From: Phoronis australis
Lineage: Eukaryota; Animalia; Phoronida
Direction: 5' to 3'
Length of the DNA stretch: 64,000 nucleotides
Assembly (NCBI GenBank): GCA_002633005.1
Contig: NMRA01000014.1
Location: 610,955-674,954 of the forward strand
The notes below the pieces were generated by a model. That model did no database searches, was not told where the DNA came from, and saw only the letters and a program-made list of their open reading frames with translations. Within the stretch, counting starts at the first letter, position 1, and each line of letters opens with the position of its first letter. Both the position numbers and the translations under genes were made by a program. Shown here piece after piece: positions 12,451 to 24,116 of the stretch.

Positions 12451-13569
12451 GGTAAGTAGTAAAACATTCAAAACATTCAGAAGGAACAAATTCGTTGCAA
12501 AATATCGAAAAACATGAAGGACAATATGATTTTACGGTGCTCACGCATCGATCTCAGATATTTGAACATTTCTAATTTTAGTGCAATTGAGGTGCCAAAA
12601 TGTATATCTAATAAACTGGCTGACAAAGTTTTTATTTGACGCAATGAAAGTAACATGTTTTGTCAACATTTTGGCCAAGTTTCATTCTCATAGCAGTGGA
12701 GGCAGATTCGGCACAGCAGTGTACTGAACATAACCTCAAAATGGCATAACGGGGGGCAGTGTAGTGAAACTATTATACGAGGTTTGTAAATCGGGATCTT
12801 TATTTCAAGACATCTGTGAAACAATCTATAGGCAACACTAAAAAAATTCAAGTGAATAATAGATCAATAGCTTTCCTTCAAGGAAAAGTATAAACAGTTA
12901 AAACTGGACAGTTTTATACTGTGAAAACATGGCTGCCAAGCCGTTAAATGTGTTTGAGCCTATAACTTTGGTAAAACGTAATATTTTGCGAAAATATTTT
13001 ACCAATGTTTATAGAACTCATAGGACTACCTATGTGCCAAATTTGGTGAAAATCGGTTGACCCCCACCTTGCCACTGGATGGCTGGTGCTCTCGTGGACT
13101 AGTACTTAATGACACTAAATTTATGTCACATTTTTGGTTAATTTTTCCCACATCGGCGCAAACTGTACATGTATATATAGTCTACTGTTTTGCACCAAGA
13201 CTAGGTGATGCTGCGAGATGTTTTTTTTTTGGTGCTCGTACAGATTGTTTCAATTTTTTGCTTGTTTCTAGAACCAGGATGGCGGAAATGAAAACGTTGC
13301 AATTTGATATTTTTGTTTGAATAATCGGTGTCGTTCTCTGTTGAGTTAATAATTCTCGCCTTAATTTCTTCAAGAATGTCTTCAGCCGGCTTGTTGAAAA
13401 ACGCGGAGAAATTGACATTTTTTCGTATATTTTCTGTTGTTTTTTTGGAATTCATTTACTCCTGACACTTCATTTCAGAACGAAAGTGCTACTACAGAAA
13501 CGTGTTTGGGTCCTTTATGACTGTTGGGTCCCAAAATGTACTGTGGTCATAGGTATGCAGTATGTGTAG

Positions 13570-13572
<3 letters not shown>

Positions 13573-13658
<86 letters not shown>

Positions 13659-14044
13659 TCCCTCCCTCTCCCACNNNNNNNNNNNNNNNNNNNNNNNNNN
13701 NNNNNNNNNNNNNNNNNNNNNNNNNNNNNNNNNNNNNNNNNNNNNNNNNNNNNNNNNNNNNNNNNNNNNNNNNNNNNNNNNNNNNNNNNNNNNNNNNNNN
13801 NNNNNNNNNNNNNNNNNNNNNNNNNNNNNNNNNNNNNNNNNNNNNNNNNNNNNNNNNNNNNNNNNNNNNNNNNNNNNNNNNNNNNNNNNNNNNNNNNNNN
13901 NNNNNNNNNNNNNNNNNNNNNNNNNNNNNNNNNNNNNNNNNNNNNNNNNNNNNNNNNNNNNNNNNNNNNNNNNNNNNNNNNNNNNNNNNNNNNNNNNNNN
14001 NNNNNNNNNNNNNNNCTCTCTCTCTCTCTCTCTCCCTCTCTCTC
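13573..14044. repeat. (CT)n microsatellite spanning an assembly gap (N 13675-14015)
   Basis: Seen directly. Confidence 0.95.
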
Positions 14045-14123
14045 GTTCATCTTCAAATGTCAATGTCACCTAGCTGTGTGGACATCCATCATGTGATATA
14101 GTTTAATGTGGTTTGTCCTTTAG

Positions 14124-14405
14124 CCTTGTCCAAGCCCAGCTCAGTAGAACTTGTCGAGACAGGACCGTACCACATAAAAGTGCGATGGACTGATTCAGGT
14201 GACCCGAAGTATTCCTACAAGTTGGACTGCACTGATGTCTGGGATCCTACAGCGACAACGTCTGAAACAAACGTATTTGTTAATGGGTCTGTTGGACAAT
14301 GTTATAATCTGACACCAGGATCAATTTACCGGGTCAAACTTTTCAGATTTTATGATAAAACTAGGATTAGCCCTCCTAGGCATCTCATTGGATACGCAAG
14401 GACGG
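14124..14405 (+). CDS. Host exon encoding one FN3 domain (multi-FN3 protein, e.g. receptor PTP-like or tenascin-like)
   Basis: tcctttag acceptor and G|gtaag donor; 282 nt; phase 1-1. Translation LSKPSSVELVETGPYHIKVRW...YSYKLDC...CYNLTPGSIYRVKLF...ART has the FN3 W, Y and LxPGxxY motifs. Confidence 0.85.
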
Positions 14406-14820
14406 GTAAGTACATTTGGTATAACTGTATATGAATATGAGACTCACCTACAGGGAAATTACGAAGTCACAAATGAGGTCCGCGAAGGCCACTAGGCTTA
14501 AACATAGTTCTAGTGGCAGCTCCCTAATGATTTCAGCAGTCTCAAATGTGTTTTGTTTATTTGACTTGCTAATATAAAATTCTGCCGAGAGAAACGAAAA
14601 TGGGCAGTAGATATCATTCCAGCTACTGAGCATTGCGTAACTAGGAATCGCTTTTATCGCGGAATATTCCCATGTGAGTCTACAAATAGAACAGTCTTTC
14701 CGAAAACATTTACTTGCTTTTGCTAGTTCTTCTATAATGCAAACAACATGTTAACAATGTGCCAATAAATGATTTCTTCGGAGTATTTTTGAAGAAAATG
14801 ATTGACATCTGGCACCCTTG

Positions 14821-15590
14821 ATGTGCGTCCACATATTTATATGTGGACGCATTATTCCGTCATCTCCGTCCGTCCGTCCGTCCGTCCGTCCGTCCGTCTG
14901 GGTGGCGTCCGTCTGGGCGGCGTCCGTCCGGCGTACGCTGCTCTATCTCCAACCCTTTGACATACATGTACGTTATTGAAATTTACCATATGTGTTCCAT
15001 TTATGAATGGGACGGCATTAGCGAAATTTCGGATGGATCCGACTACCGGTGTGCTCCCTATTGGTAATTTTATTTTTTGCGCTTACCTTTGTATCTTCAA
15101 AAGTCCTCAACGGCTTTCATGAAATTTGGTATGCAGGCACCTATTAGTGAGGTGACGCTAGTTCTCCCGTATTCGGATGAATTCGACGTAGTTTGCGCCA
15201 CCTAGTGGCCATTTTTACTTTTTTCTAGTCTGTTTTTTGCATCCACCCCTCTATCAACCAAACCGCTCAAAGGATGATTGTGGAAATTGACGTGTATTTG
15301 CTTACTATGAAGAAGACTATTGACGATGATTTTCCGACGATTTCGACTACTGTGGCGCCTCCTAGTGGTAGTTTTGTTTTTTTTGCGCATATGGCTGTAT
15401 CTCCTAAACCGTTCGCAGGATTTTTACAAAATTTCGTAAGTATAATTTCATGATGTTAACAACTGAGGATGACGACTTTTTGGACAGATCCGACTACCGG
15501 TGTACCACATAGTGGTATTTTTTTACGATTACCTTTGTATATTCAAAAGTCCTTGACGGATTTTCATGAAATTTATTATGTAGGCAAAAA
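14821..15590 (+). mobile_element. Helentron/DINE-1-like non-autonomous repeat, copy 1
   Basis: 5' palindrome TGCGTCCACATATTTATATGTGGACGCA, (CCGT)n microsatellite and internal repeats containing GCC(A/T)CCTAGTGG. Homologous to 44124-45332 and 53141-54060. Confidence 0.65.
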
Positions 15591-16749
15591 AAATCCGTGA
15601 TATGTCATGTTCCCATTTCTGCCAAACGTTCTCCTGCAGACACTCGTTAAACGCTGTTTATAATACCAGGTTTGAAGTTCCCGTCCGTAATACATGGAGC
15701 TGAACGCCTGTCCACCAAATGCGTGATTGTCATCTGGTGGGTTTATGATTTTCAATATGTCCCGGCTATTGCGAAAGTTAGCAACTAGTATTAACATTTT
15801 TTTCTCATTTGACCAAAGAAGTTGTACATATAACGGCTTGTCTTTTTATAACCTGACACATGTGCATGAAATTCACAGTCGGAATAAATATAAAAATAGT
15901 ATATTGGTCTAATAAACCGTTTTAACATTACACTTTGCCTATCTGCCAAGCTCTTTAGTCTGCTATCCGCGGTAGATGTTCTATTTCATCTACCATCTAC
16001 CGCCGGTACCAGGAATATTCTTCTGAGTTTGTGAGAACGCCGTCTACTACTTAGCATGGATGCCGGTTAAATCCATATAAATTGCCATTTTGACTGGAGC
16101 TTTTCAAATAATACATAAAATACTAATTTTGACGTAGAAGTATTAAGTAAATTGTTTGGCAAAAGCACACACGTAAAGTTCCCCTGCAGCCGGAGACCAA
16201 CGCAATATGTTGCGCTTAGCCTCATTGTGGGGATATAAATTTGCACACGTGCAAATGTACACCCGACGCATGTGAAGGCACTTAAATTTACACATGGCTA
16301 CAAAACTAAAAAGTCCCACTGCGAAACTGTTTACTTGATGTTGTCTCTTGTTAATACAACCCCAGTTCCCATTAAACGTCCAACACATTTTCTACAGTAC
16401 GATCGCATATGATTTGAAACAAAGTTTCATTCAAATACAGCTTCTGTTTCCCCGCCGCCACCGTAGCCGCTGCTGTTATTGCTCTTGTTGCAGCTCCCTC
16501 AAACTTTCAAGCGGCTTTTTATGCCACGATTTCACTAGAAAAGCTCCTCCATGATGGGCAACAGCAGAATACTTATACTTATTTTCTAAACCTGGGCGAT
16601 TCAGCCTTTTGGTTCTGATTTGCAATAGTTCGTTGTTTTACTTTGAACGCTGAATTTCCAAAAGTCAGCGCGCCATGAGCGGGATCGGACAAGCAATATT
16701 TTCTTTACATCTAATCAGTATCAGTAAGCACACGCCAGAACAATCGACT

Positions 16750-18388
16750 TACTTGGAGAGCCAGTAGGAGTTTATTCACAATTTCGAGTGCAAAAGGTTT
16801 GAGTGCCTAATTCTTGTGTAAATCACCTACCATTGAAGGAAAGGGCTCAATCCTTGGCTTGGGTCTCTGTGGGGTCCAAATGGTGGCAACATCCTTTTCA
16901 AGTTTACTTCAATCTAATCACCACCCAAACCAAAATGATGCAACTTAAGACGCGAAAATGTCTGGGGTTATTAATTAAGAAGATTACTAATTAATGACCA
17001 ATTAACGATTTATTTAAACTTTCAAGTGCAACAACAATTCTTTTTCCAAAAGATAGTTCAGTAACTCTGGACACAATATCAACAACTTAAGAAGCGATTT
17101 TTCCTGGGGTTTGTAGATAAGACGGGGGGGGGTGCTTTGACCCAAGGGGATAAGACGACCCCAGAAATGAACTTGTATAAACGAGGAATTGCGAAAATTT
17201 TGATTAATACTATAGATAAAACATTATTTCAAATAAACAAAAATAGTTATGGAAAACTTTTGGGCTGTGAATTACGACACTTATTAATTAATGACCATTT
17301 TTTGTGATGGGTTGGCTCAGTTTAGGCAAATAATGAACAACTTGCTTCGACAATTTATCTTGGTGAAAACGTGTGTTAAAAGCAAGCCACATTGGCGTAG
17401 TATCTAAATTGAGGTTGTGGCATACGAGGAACAGTCTGTTCAATTTTCGTGCGCGACCAGAAATTTCAGAAAGCTTGCTAAACTCGGTATCAGAGTATTG
17501 AAACTGGTTCACCCGTGGCTTCTTGCGATTAAATAAATACTTAATTAGCTGCTCGACAATTAACAGTTCTTAATTAATACGATTAGACATTTCATTTCTT
17601 AGGTTGCGAATGACTTTTGTTCCTTAGGATTAAAATTTTATTGACAGCATCAATCAAACTGTTTGCACTTCCCTTTTACGCAAGTTTAGTATTGTCTCTC
17701 GGAGTCGAGACACCCACGTGTTATCTGCAAACCACAGATAAAATTGCGTCTTAACTTGTGGATGTGGTGTACTAAAGAAAAAGAATTTTTGTTGCACTTA
17801 AAAAGTTTAAATATATCGTTAATTAGTCATTAATAAATAAGTGTCTTAATTAACAACACAAAAGTTTTTCATGTCATGACTGGTATTTTTGTTCATTTAA
17901 ATTAATGCTTTATCCATAGTAGTATTCAAAATTTACGCATTTCCTTTTATACACGTTCATTTTGGGGGTCCTCTTATCCTCTGGGGTCAAAACAACCCCC
18001 GTCTCATCTGCAAACCCCAGAAAAAACCGCGTCTTAAATTGTGGATTTGGTTCCGAAGTTACTAAATTATCTTTTGTTGCATCTAAAAGTTGTGTGACTA
18101 ATTTGTAGGCGTCTTAATAACTACAGACAATTTCACGTCTTAAAGTTGCATCATTTTAATTTGGGTGGTGATTACAATGAAATAAACTTGAAACGGATAT
18201 TACACTCGAAATGTTAATTAAATGGAATTTTAAGCCCTCTTTTGGGCCCCACATGTACCAATTAAAGCTCAGTATTGCGCAAATTAAGACGCACCTTTCC
18301 TTCAATGGTTGGTGATTTATAATAGAATTTAGCACTTAAACCTTTTGCATTCAAAAGTGTGAATAAACTCCTGCTGGCTCCCCAAGTA
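16750..18388. mobile_element. Fold-back non-autonomous DNA transposon (Academ-like) with TIRs of about 0.5 kb
   Basis: The left end TACTTGGAGAGCCAGTAGGAGTTTATTCAC is the reverse complement of the right end GTGAATAAACTCCTGCTGGCTCCCCAAGTA, and the inverted similarity extends several hundred bp. A central - strand fragment PMWLAFNTRFHQDKLSKQVVHYLPKLSQPIT matches the PxWxGFN...YLPxIxxxPT motif of Academ-type transposases. Confidence 0.7.
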
Positions 18389-19161
18389 AATAGAAGAAAT
18401 ATGGTGATCGCAAACAGTAATTCGGACGCCATTATTCATAGGCGACTTCCATCTGTACCATTATTAGACCGCCACATACATGTAAGAAATCACAAATTTA
18501 ACATTCGGGTGATGTCCATGTGAAAAATTACGCCAGATGACAAGCGGTTGTGGCTGCACTAATTTCGTGTATGCATTGATAAAAGAAAAAAGTGTTTCCG
18601 TAATTCAGGCATGTTACCAACAGCGCGATACAGAATCCTGCATCGATTACAACTTGACTCCAACGTGACAAGTAGATTGTCTTCTTGGTTTGTAATGCAT
18701 TTGAGAAGTATTTGGCAAAATTAGTAGTCCCTTGGAACATTTGATCTGGCATTTCACAGTTCCTAGTGTTTGAGATTTCCATTTTAAATGCATTTTGCCA
18801 CCACACCATCGATCGTTTTTGATATGTCCAATATTTGCTGCTTGCAAAACAATTCCATATGGATCTAAATCCGAATCTCAAAACTATACAGATACAAAGC
18901 ATTGTTCTTAGATAAAATCCTCTATTTACTAGCAAGCGCTACTCGTGTCGATTTTGCAACAAATCGTATACAGTAGTAAGCGCAATTAATATTTTTTATT
19001 TTGCCCCATACGAACGCGATTTAAAATTACCTGTTCACTGGGGGTAGATTTGCTTCTGGTGTACTTTTACATACAGGCGTGTAAAAGCTCTGCATGTAAA
19101 CGGAACTTTATTCAATAAAAAGATCTGCTTGGTATTTTGATTTTATTGCAATATGTTTCAG

Positions 19162-19440
19162 ATTTGTACCCTCCGGCTATTATCCCAGATACACGCACTT
19201 CAACATCTTTGGTTTTCACGTTAACGCCAGCGCCTGGTAAGAAGGAAGGATATCGTGTGAAGTGCATCCCGAACGACATGTCGGCTAGGTCGTTTGAGAC
19301 CGTTATCGATGCAGATAAGACTAAGTTCACATGTGCCCAACTGACGTCAGGAACTGAGTACACCGTCCGTGTGGTCACATTTATGCAAGGTTTTGCCGAC
19401 TCGATAGCCACCACGGCATCAGGAAATGATACAAACACAG
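19162..19440 (+). CDS. Host exon encoding one FN3 domain
   Basis: tgtttcag acceptor, phase 1. Translation LYPPAIIPDTRTSTSLVFTLTPAPGKKEGYRVKC...CAQLTSGTEYTVRVVT...NT. The phase-1 donor would be a non-canonical AG|GC, so the 3' boundary is uncertain. Confidence 0.75.
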
Positions 19441-20107
19441 GCTGGTATCTTTTGGTATATCATCACTTAAACGTAGTATGGAACATAAGATACTGTATGC
19501 CAACTTCCACGTGTGATCCAAGAATTCTAGTGATAGATAGATCTTGATACAGCGAGATTTCAAGGGACAGGCCGCGAGAGGTTTAATTACTTGTGGTTGT
19601 GCACTCGATGGAGGTTTTTTGAGTGGTATTGTTATCAGATATAGCCTTTATCAGGCAACTCCTACAACATTCGAGGCTTTATTCATTTTCATCAATACAT
19701 TCATTACCAATGAGTAAAACTGCAATGTAAATCTAAGTAAACGCATGCATACACGCACGCAATGGCCGATTAAAGACGGATGCAACCTTTTTCTATGTCA
19801 TTTTGAGCTAAAATAAGGTTGGTTGGTTATCCTAGACATATTTTCTACTTAATTACAGCTTTTCGTAATTTCATAAATTACTCGTCCGTTACTCCGGAAG
19901 TGACATTTTAGGAGGCAAGCGTTTCTCGCCACTTGGTTTTGCGTTGACTTTACCGTGCGAATCTGTTCTATTCCACTTTTGTTTTGTGCTGTTTTTCAAC
20001 AATTGTCGCCACCACTTTCCATCGGCAAGTATTCTGCGGCAAGATAGGTTAGTAGAGAACTCAACTACGTTGGATTTAGAGATTGTTTAGTGTGTTGTAA
20101 GCTGAAA

Positions 20108-20503
20108 ATGGCTGGAGTCGGTGACCCGTATCACAATGACAGTAGTGTGAGTGACGAAGACCTTGTTCACAGCAGTGGTGAGGAGGAATTTTTTCACGCA
20201 CATTCAGTGGGTGGGTACATGTTTGAGCCCGAGTATAACGAAGCAGAGTACGCACAGGCACAGGCAGCTGTTGAGAGAAACGAGGCGGCTACTGAGGACA
20301 GACGTGGTGACACATCTTGGTGCAAATGCACTGTGTGCGTTGTTATGCCTACCTCAATGGAATGCTTGTGCTGTTCAGAGTTCGACGAGGCCAAGCCACT
20401 ACTGGATATGGTTAAGTGGACCTCCGGCATACCACGGACAGATGAACAACTGTCCCACTTGCCAGAGTGTCCCGCGACACACTCCCACGGGATGGTGACC
20501 TGA
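20108..20503 (+). CDS. KolX / P2RX7 C-terminal-like cysteine-rich protein, truncated
   Basis: ATG at 20108. GYMFEPEY...WCKCTVCVVMPTSMECLCCSE is the YxFEP / WCxCxxCxxMxxxxExxCCxE signature. Homology stops at about 20405, after which the frame reads the antisense of the transposase. Confidence 0.8.
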   Translation: MAGVGDPYHNDSSVSDEDLVHSSGEEEFFHAHSVGGYMFEPEYNEAEYAQAQAAVERNEAATEDRRGDTSWCKCTVCVVMPTSMECLCCSEFDEAKPLLDMVKWTSGIPRTDEQLSHLPECPATHSHGMVT

Positions 20504-21199
20504 GCACCCAAACTGCTTACACCGTGTCGTGTGACTCCCTCGCCACACACCTGGCACCTTCTAAATAGCTCCAACACTTTAAACAAGTCCACAATAAACT
20601 TTTCAAAGTTTGGCTCACCGATCTGTTCACTGGACGAAGAACTGTCCCCTTCACTGGGTGTAGAACTGAGCCTGTAATCACCCCCACTATCCAATATCGC
20701 TGCAGGGCTGCTTAGAGGCTCTGGGCTGGAGAAAACAGCACAGGGCGAATAATTACTGGTTCCAGGAATTGCACGCTCTGGGGTACGTTCGAAGGCACTG
20801 GTGACAGTAGATGTAGTGCCTCCACTGGCTCCAGTCACTGTACTGGCCATAGCTCGCGAGACTTCTCGCTTCAAAAACGCAATTCTCGGGGGTGGCGACG
20901 GGGCTCTGCGGGGAATCAACACAGACGGAATGGCATCCTTCTTCAGACGTTGTTTCGCAGGAACCTTCATCAGTTCAGCGTACAAATCCCTTTCGTTATC
21001 GGCCGGCAGAAAGTGCTTGCCACACAAAAGGTAATTCTCCACTGCTTTGTACATTGCGTGGACGGGTAACGCTGCGTTCTTCACACGAACGAGCCAAGTA
21101 CGGCGAAGTGTGTCATCCATCGGAAAGCGATGCAAAGGTACTCCCAAAGCGCGCGTGAGCTGATAATTAGTACAACCTGGTATGCAGCAACAGTGACAT
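20400..21199 (-). pseudogene. Kolobok transposase N-terminal half (THAP domain plus Cys/His region); DDE core deleted
   Basis: THAP: CCIPGCTN...LHRFP...RRTWL...LLCGKHF...LKKDAIPSV. Then KFIVDLFKVLELFRRCQVC...GAQVTIPWECVAGHSGKW. The nearest ATG (21199) is one base out of frame. Confidence 0.85.
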
Positions 21200-21691
21200 G
21201 TTGACTGACTAGTAAATGAAAGCAAACGACGACGGAACTTAACACAACCGAGGTAGAACAATGACTGACTCGGCAGCTCTCACAGTCAGACTACTGTATG
21301 AAAAGAAATTGGCGCTAAATGCTTGCCTCCTAAAACGTCACTTCCGGAGTAACGGACGAGTAATTCATGAAACTACGAAAAGCTGAAATTAAGTGTAAAA
21401 TATGTCTAGGATAACCAACCAACCTTATTTTAGCTCAAAATGACATGGAAAAAGGTTGCCTTCGCCTTTAATTTTCAATAACGTGAGCAAATTCTTACCA
21501 TATATTTCTAAATCTATCAAACTGTCTATTTTTTCGAATAATATACTTCTCTGTGAGATAATAATGTTTTAAACTATTAACAAAAGCATTAATAGAGGCT
21601 CCTTACGCCAATGTCTATATGAGCTCAAGCCAAACTGACTAACCGTCCTAATCGATTCACAAAATTAATTCGTGTGACTTAGCCACGCTTC

Positions 21692-21750
21692 CCCTTACAA
21701 AAATGAACTTAAGTTTTCATCGAAAAACTTAAGTTTTTGGTCTGAAATCT
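21692..21750 (+). repeat. Second terminus of the CCCTTACAAAAATG MITE family
   Basis: Reverse complement of 5565-5619. Confidence 0.65.
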
Positions 21751-23858
21751 TATTCGGTAATTTCCCATATTATTCATGGATTTTAAAAAATTGGAGTACG
21801 AATGATATTTAAAATTTAAAAAACAACAATGATGTTCGTTTTCCTTTTACTCGCTAGTTTTTTACTTGAAAACTAGTGCACCAACCTGCGCTTTGTTTAA
21901 ACATTCGACTATGCCCATGCATAGCAACGATGAGTGTGTGAAGACAAGAAGTCTCACCAACGAATGTGTGTTGCCAAGTTACGGGCAAGCACAAAAGAGG
22001 TTTGAAAAGAGTTATCTCCACCAAGCCCCTTGTATTCTCAAAGAGAACATTGCCACAAGATATTGTACGACCTAGTTATGGAAGACGCGGTATGACCAAA
22101 GTCGCATTATGCGCAAAGTCATTGGATAACTCCAGATCATTTCATGCAACGAAGCTCAGCCAAGGGACGACATTGAACAACCTTATCGCGGCCAGAAACA
22201 GTCATATGAAAGGTCTTAATCTGCGAATGTTAATTCACCAGCTCTGTCTTCTCCCTGGCCTTGTTGATTTGGCAAAAAGCAACCCTCATTGCGCAAGGTT
22301 AAGGAAAGTATTCTCATTTTGGTGAGCATAATGCAAGAGTTAACTGTCGCCAGGAAGATGAAAGTTTGGTAAGACTACACCTAACAATCTTAGTTACCAG
22401 AGTCATAGAGGCTTTTCGTCACTCAGATTTAAAGTGGAATCCGAGGTCGCCGATGACACAGGCATGACTGAACTACTTGTTGCTTCCTCATATCCCCGAG
22501 AGAGCAACTGACTCACTAAGCCTAACATAGCACGCGAGCCATGACTGGGGGTTGTGTCTCTCGGTAACTTCCCTTAAAATTAAGTACGCGTTGGCGCCTT
22601 TTGTCTATGGTTAGGTTGGAATCAAACATCTTACCTCGTTATTCTTCCCGCAGGATTTAAGTACACGTATCAACAGTCAACAAATTGTAACACGGACATA
22701 TCATTACCTTTTTTGTTACGAGACATCATATGGCTAATTTCTTACTTCGTCTCTTCCTATGTGAATGTTTAGTTTTAATGAATACACTGTCATTCATTAA
22801 TAATAATGAATTATGCAATAAATCTTTTTAAAGTTTTTGTATTGTTTGACAACAAAACAGAAATTAAGCTCCGATTGCAGTTGCGTTCAAGAAGTCGACA
22901 ATTCATGATCTGAAACAAAGCAGCTAAGCAACACATATATCAACAGAAAACTAAAAATTATTTCTCACACGCCATATTTCGCTGACATTCTGAAACAAAA
23001 CAAAGTCCACAAAGATTTCTCAACCAATTTATATCAGCAGTTATATTTCAACTGTTTTTCCTGTTACGTACAACCTTCGAAAAATGACCAAATTTGGCTA
23101 GTTTTGGTGTGTCATATCTCAGGAAAGATTGTTCGTATTTTTATGGAACTTTCGGAGAGCATACTTTAAGCACTGTTCACTAAAATGCTTGAAAGAATGG
23201 TTTTTTAAAATGGTCCATTTCTGCATGAAGGCCTATAGAATATAGGACTGTTTTCTACGGATGCACCGTTTTTTTGCTACATTTTACAGTAGACATTGAG
23301 GCGGGTTGGTATAAAGTCACCAATACAATTTTACAGACTTTCTAGTTTCCGTTTCACTGAATTAAAACTAATTGATAATCATTGACGTATATGCACCTAA
23401 AATTCTTATGAAAGATTCCTTATAAACATTGATAGCAAAATATTCCATAAACACTGAAGCAAGTTGGTCGAAAGAAATCTTTGTTGATAACAATTTTAAA
23501 TTATTTGTTGGTAAGAAACAAGCATTTTATGAAACACAGCTAGCATTCCATTCAGTCAGTTCTGTAATCACCGTAAGCATTTCGTGGTACTACAGCAGTG
23601 GAAACTAAAAGTGCCGATCCAGATCCTCTAAAGGATACACTTGTGTGTCGAAAAGTAGAATAAAAAACAACAGCAATGGATCACTGAATTTTTCGGATAT
23701 AATAACATACTTTGTCAATAGAAAAAAAATCTGTTGACAAAGGATGTTATTATGTCCGAAAATTTCAGTAATTCAATATCGTTGTTTTATTAACGTATAT
23801 TTATTCTGCCATTTGGTTATCTGTTATCACTACTATTTATTATTGATGTTTAACACAG

Positions 23859-24116
23859 AGCTGCTTCCACCAACAAATGTTGAACTTTGGAGAACGCGGG
23901 CAACACAAATTCACGCAAGATGGCAGAGGGTGCCTAGAGTTGACAGTTACTTGCTTCGTTGTCAGGACGTAAACGATCAAGGGACAGAGACGATCGTGGA
24001 GTCATCTAATCTTACAGGTGTTTGCACCGGTCTCCGCCCATATACATTCTACCGAGTTACCGTTATAAGTCAAAAGGAGGGATTTCCCAGCAAATCTTCC
24101 AGGCAACTCGGAACAG
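23859..24116 (+). CDS. Host exon encoding one FN3 domain
   Basis: aacacag acceptor, phase 1. Translation LLPPTNVELWRTRATQIHARWQRVPRVDSYLLRC...CTGLRPYTFYRVTVIS. Canonical phase-1 donor CAG|gtgggt at 24117; alternatively the exon reads on to the TAG at 24137-24139. Confidence 0.85.

Larger units (their letters stand above)
19774..21467. mobile_element. Internally deleted Kolobok DNA transposon
   Basis: TTAA on both sides (19770-19773 and 21468-21471), AG...CT termini, 158-bp TIRs (19774-19931 and 21310-21467; about 13 mismatches by manual count). Two convergent ORFs: THAP-transposase and KolX-like. Confidence 0.9.

Noticed and set aside
13492-14101. ER/SL-repeat ORFs
   Set aside because: Translation of the (CT)n microsatellite and the N gap.
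20108-20503. Host P2X7 receptor gene
   Set aside because: Only the cysteine-rich domain is present, inside TIRs with a TTAA TSD; this is the Kolobok accessory gene.
5565-21750. One 16-kb element bounded by the two CCCTTAC termini
   Set aside because: The termini face away from each other, so they cannot enclose the interval.
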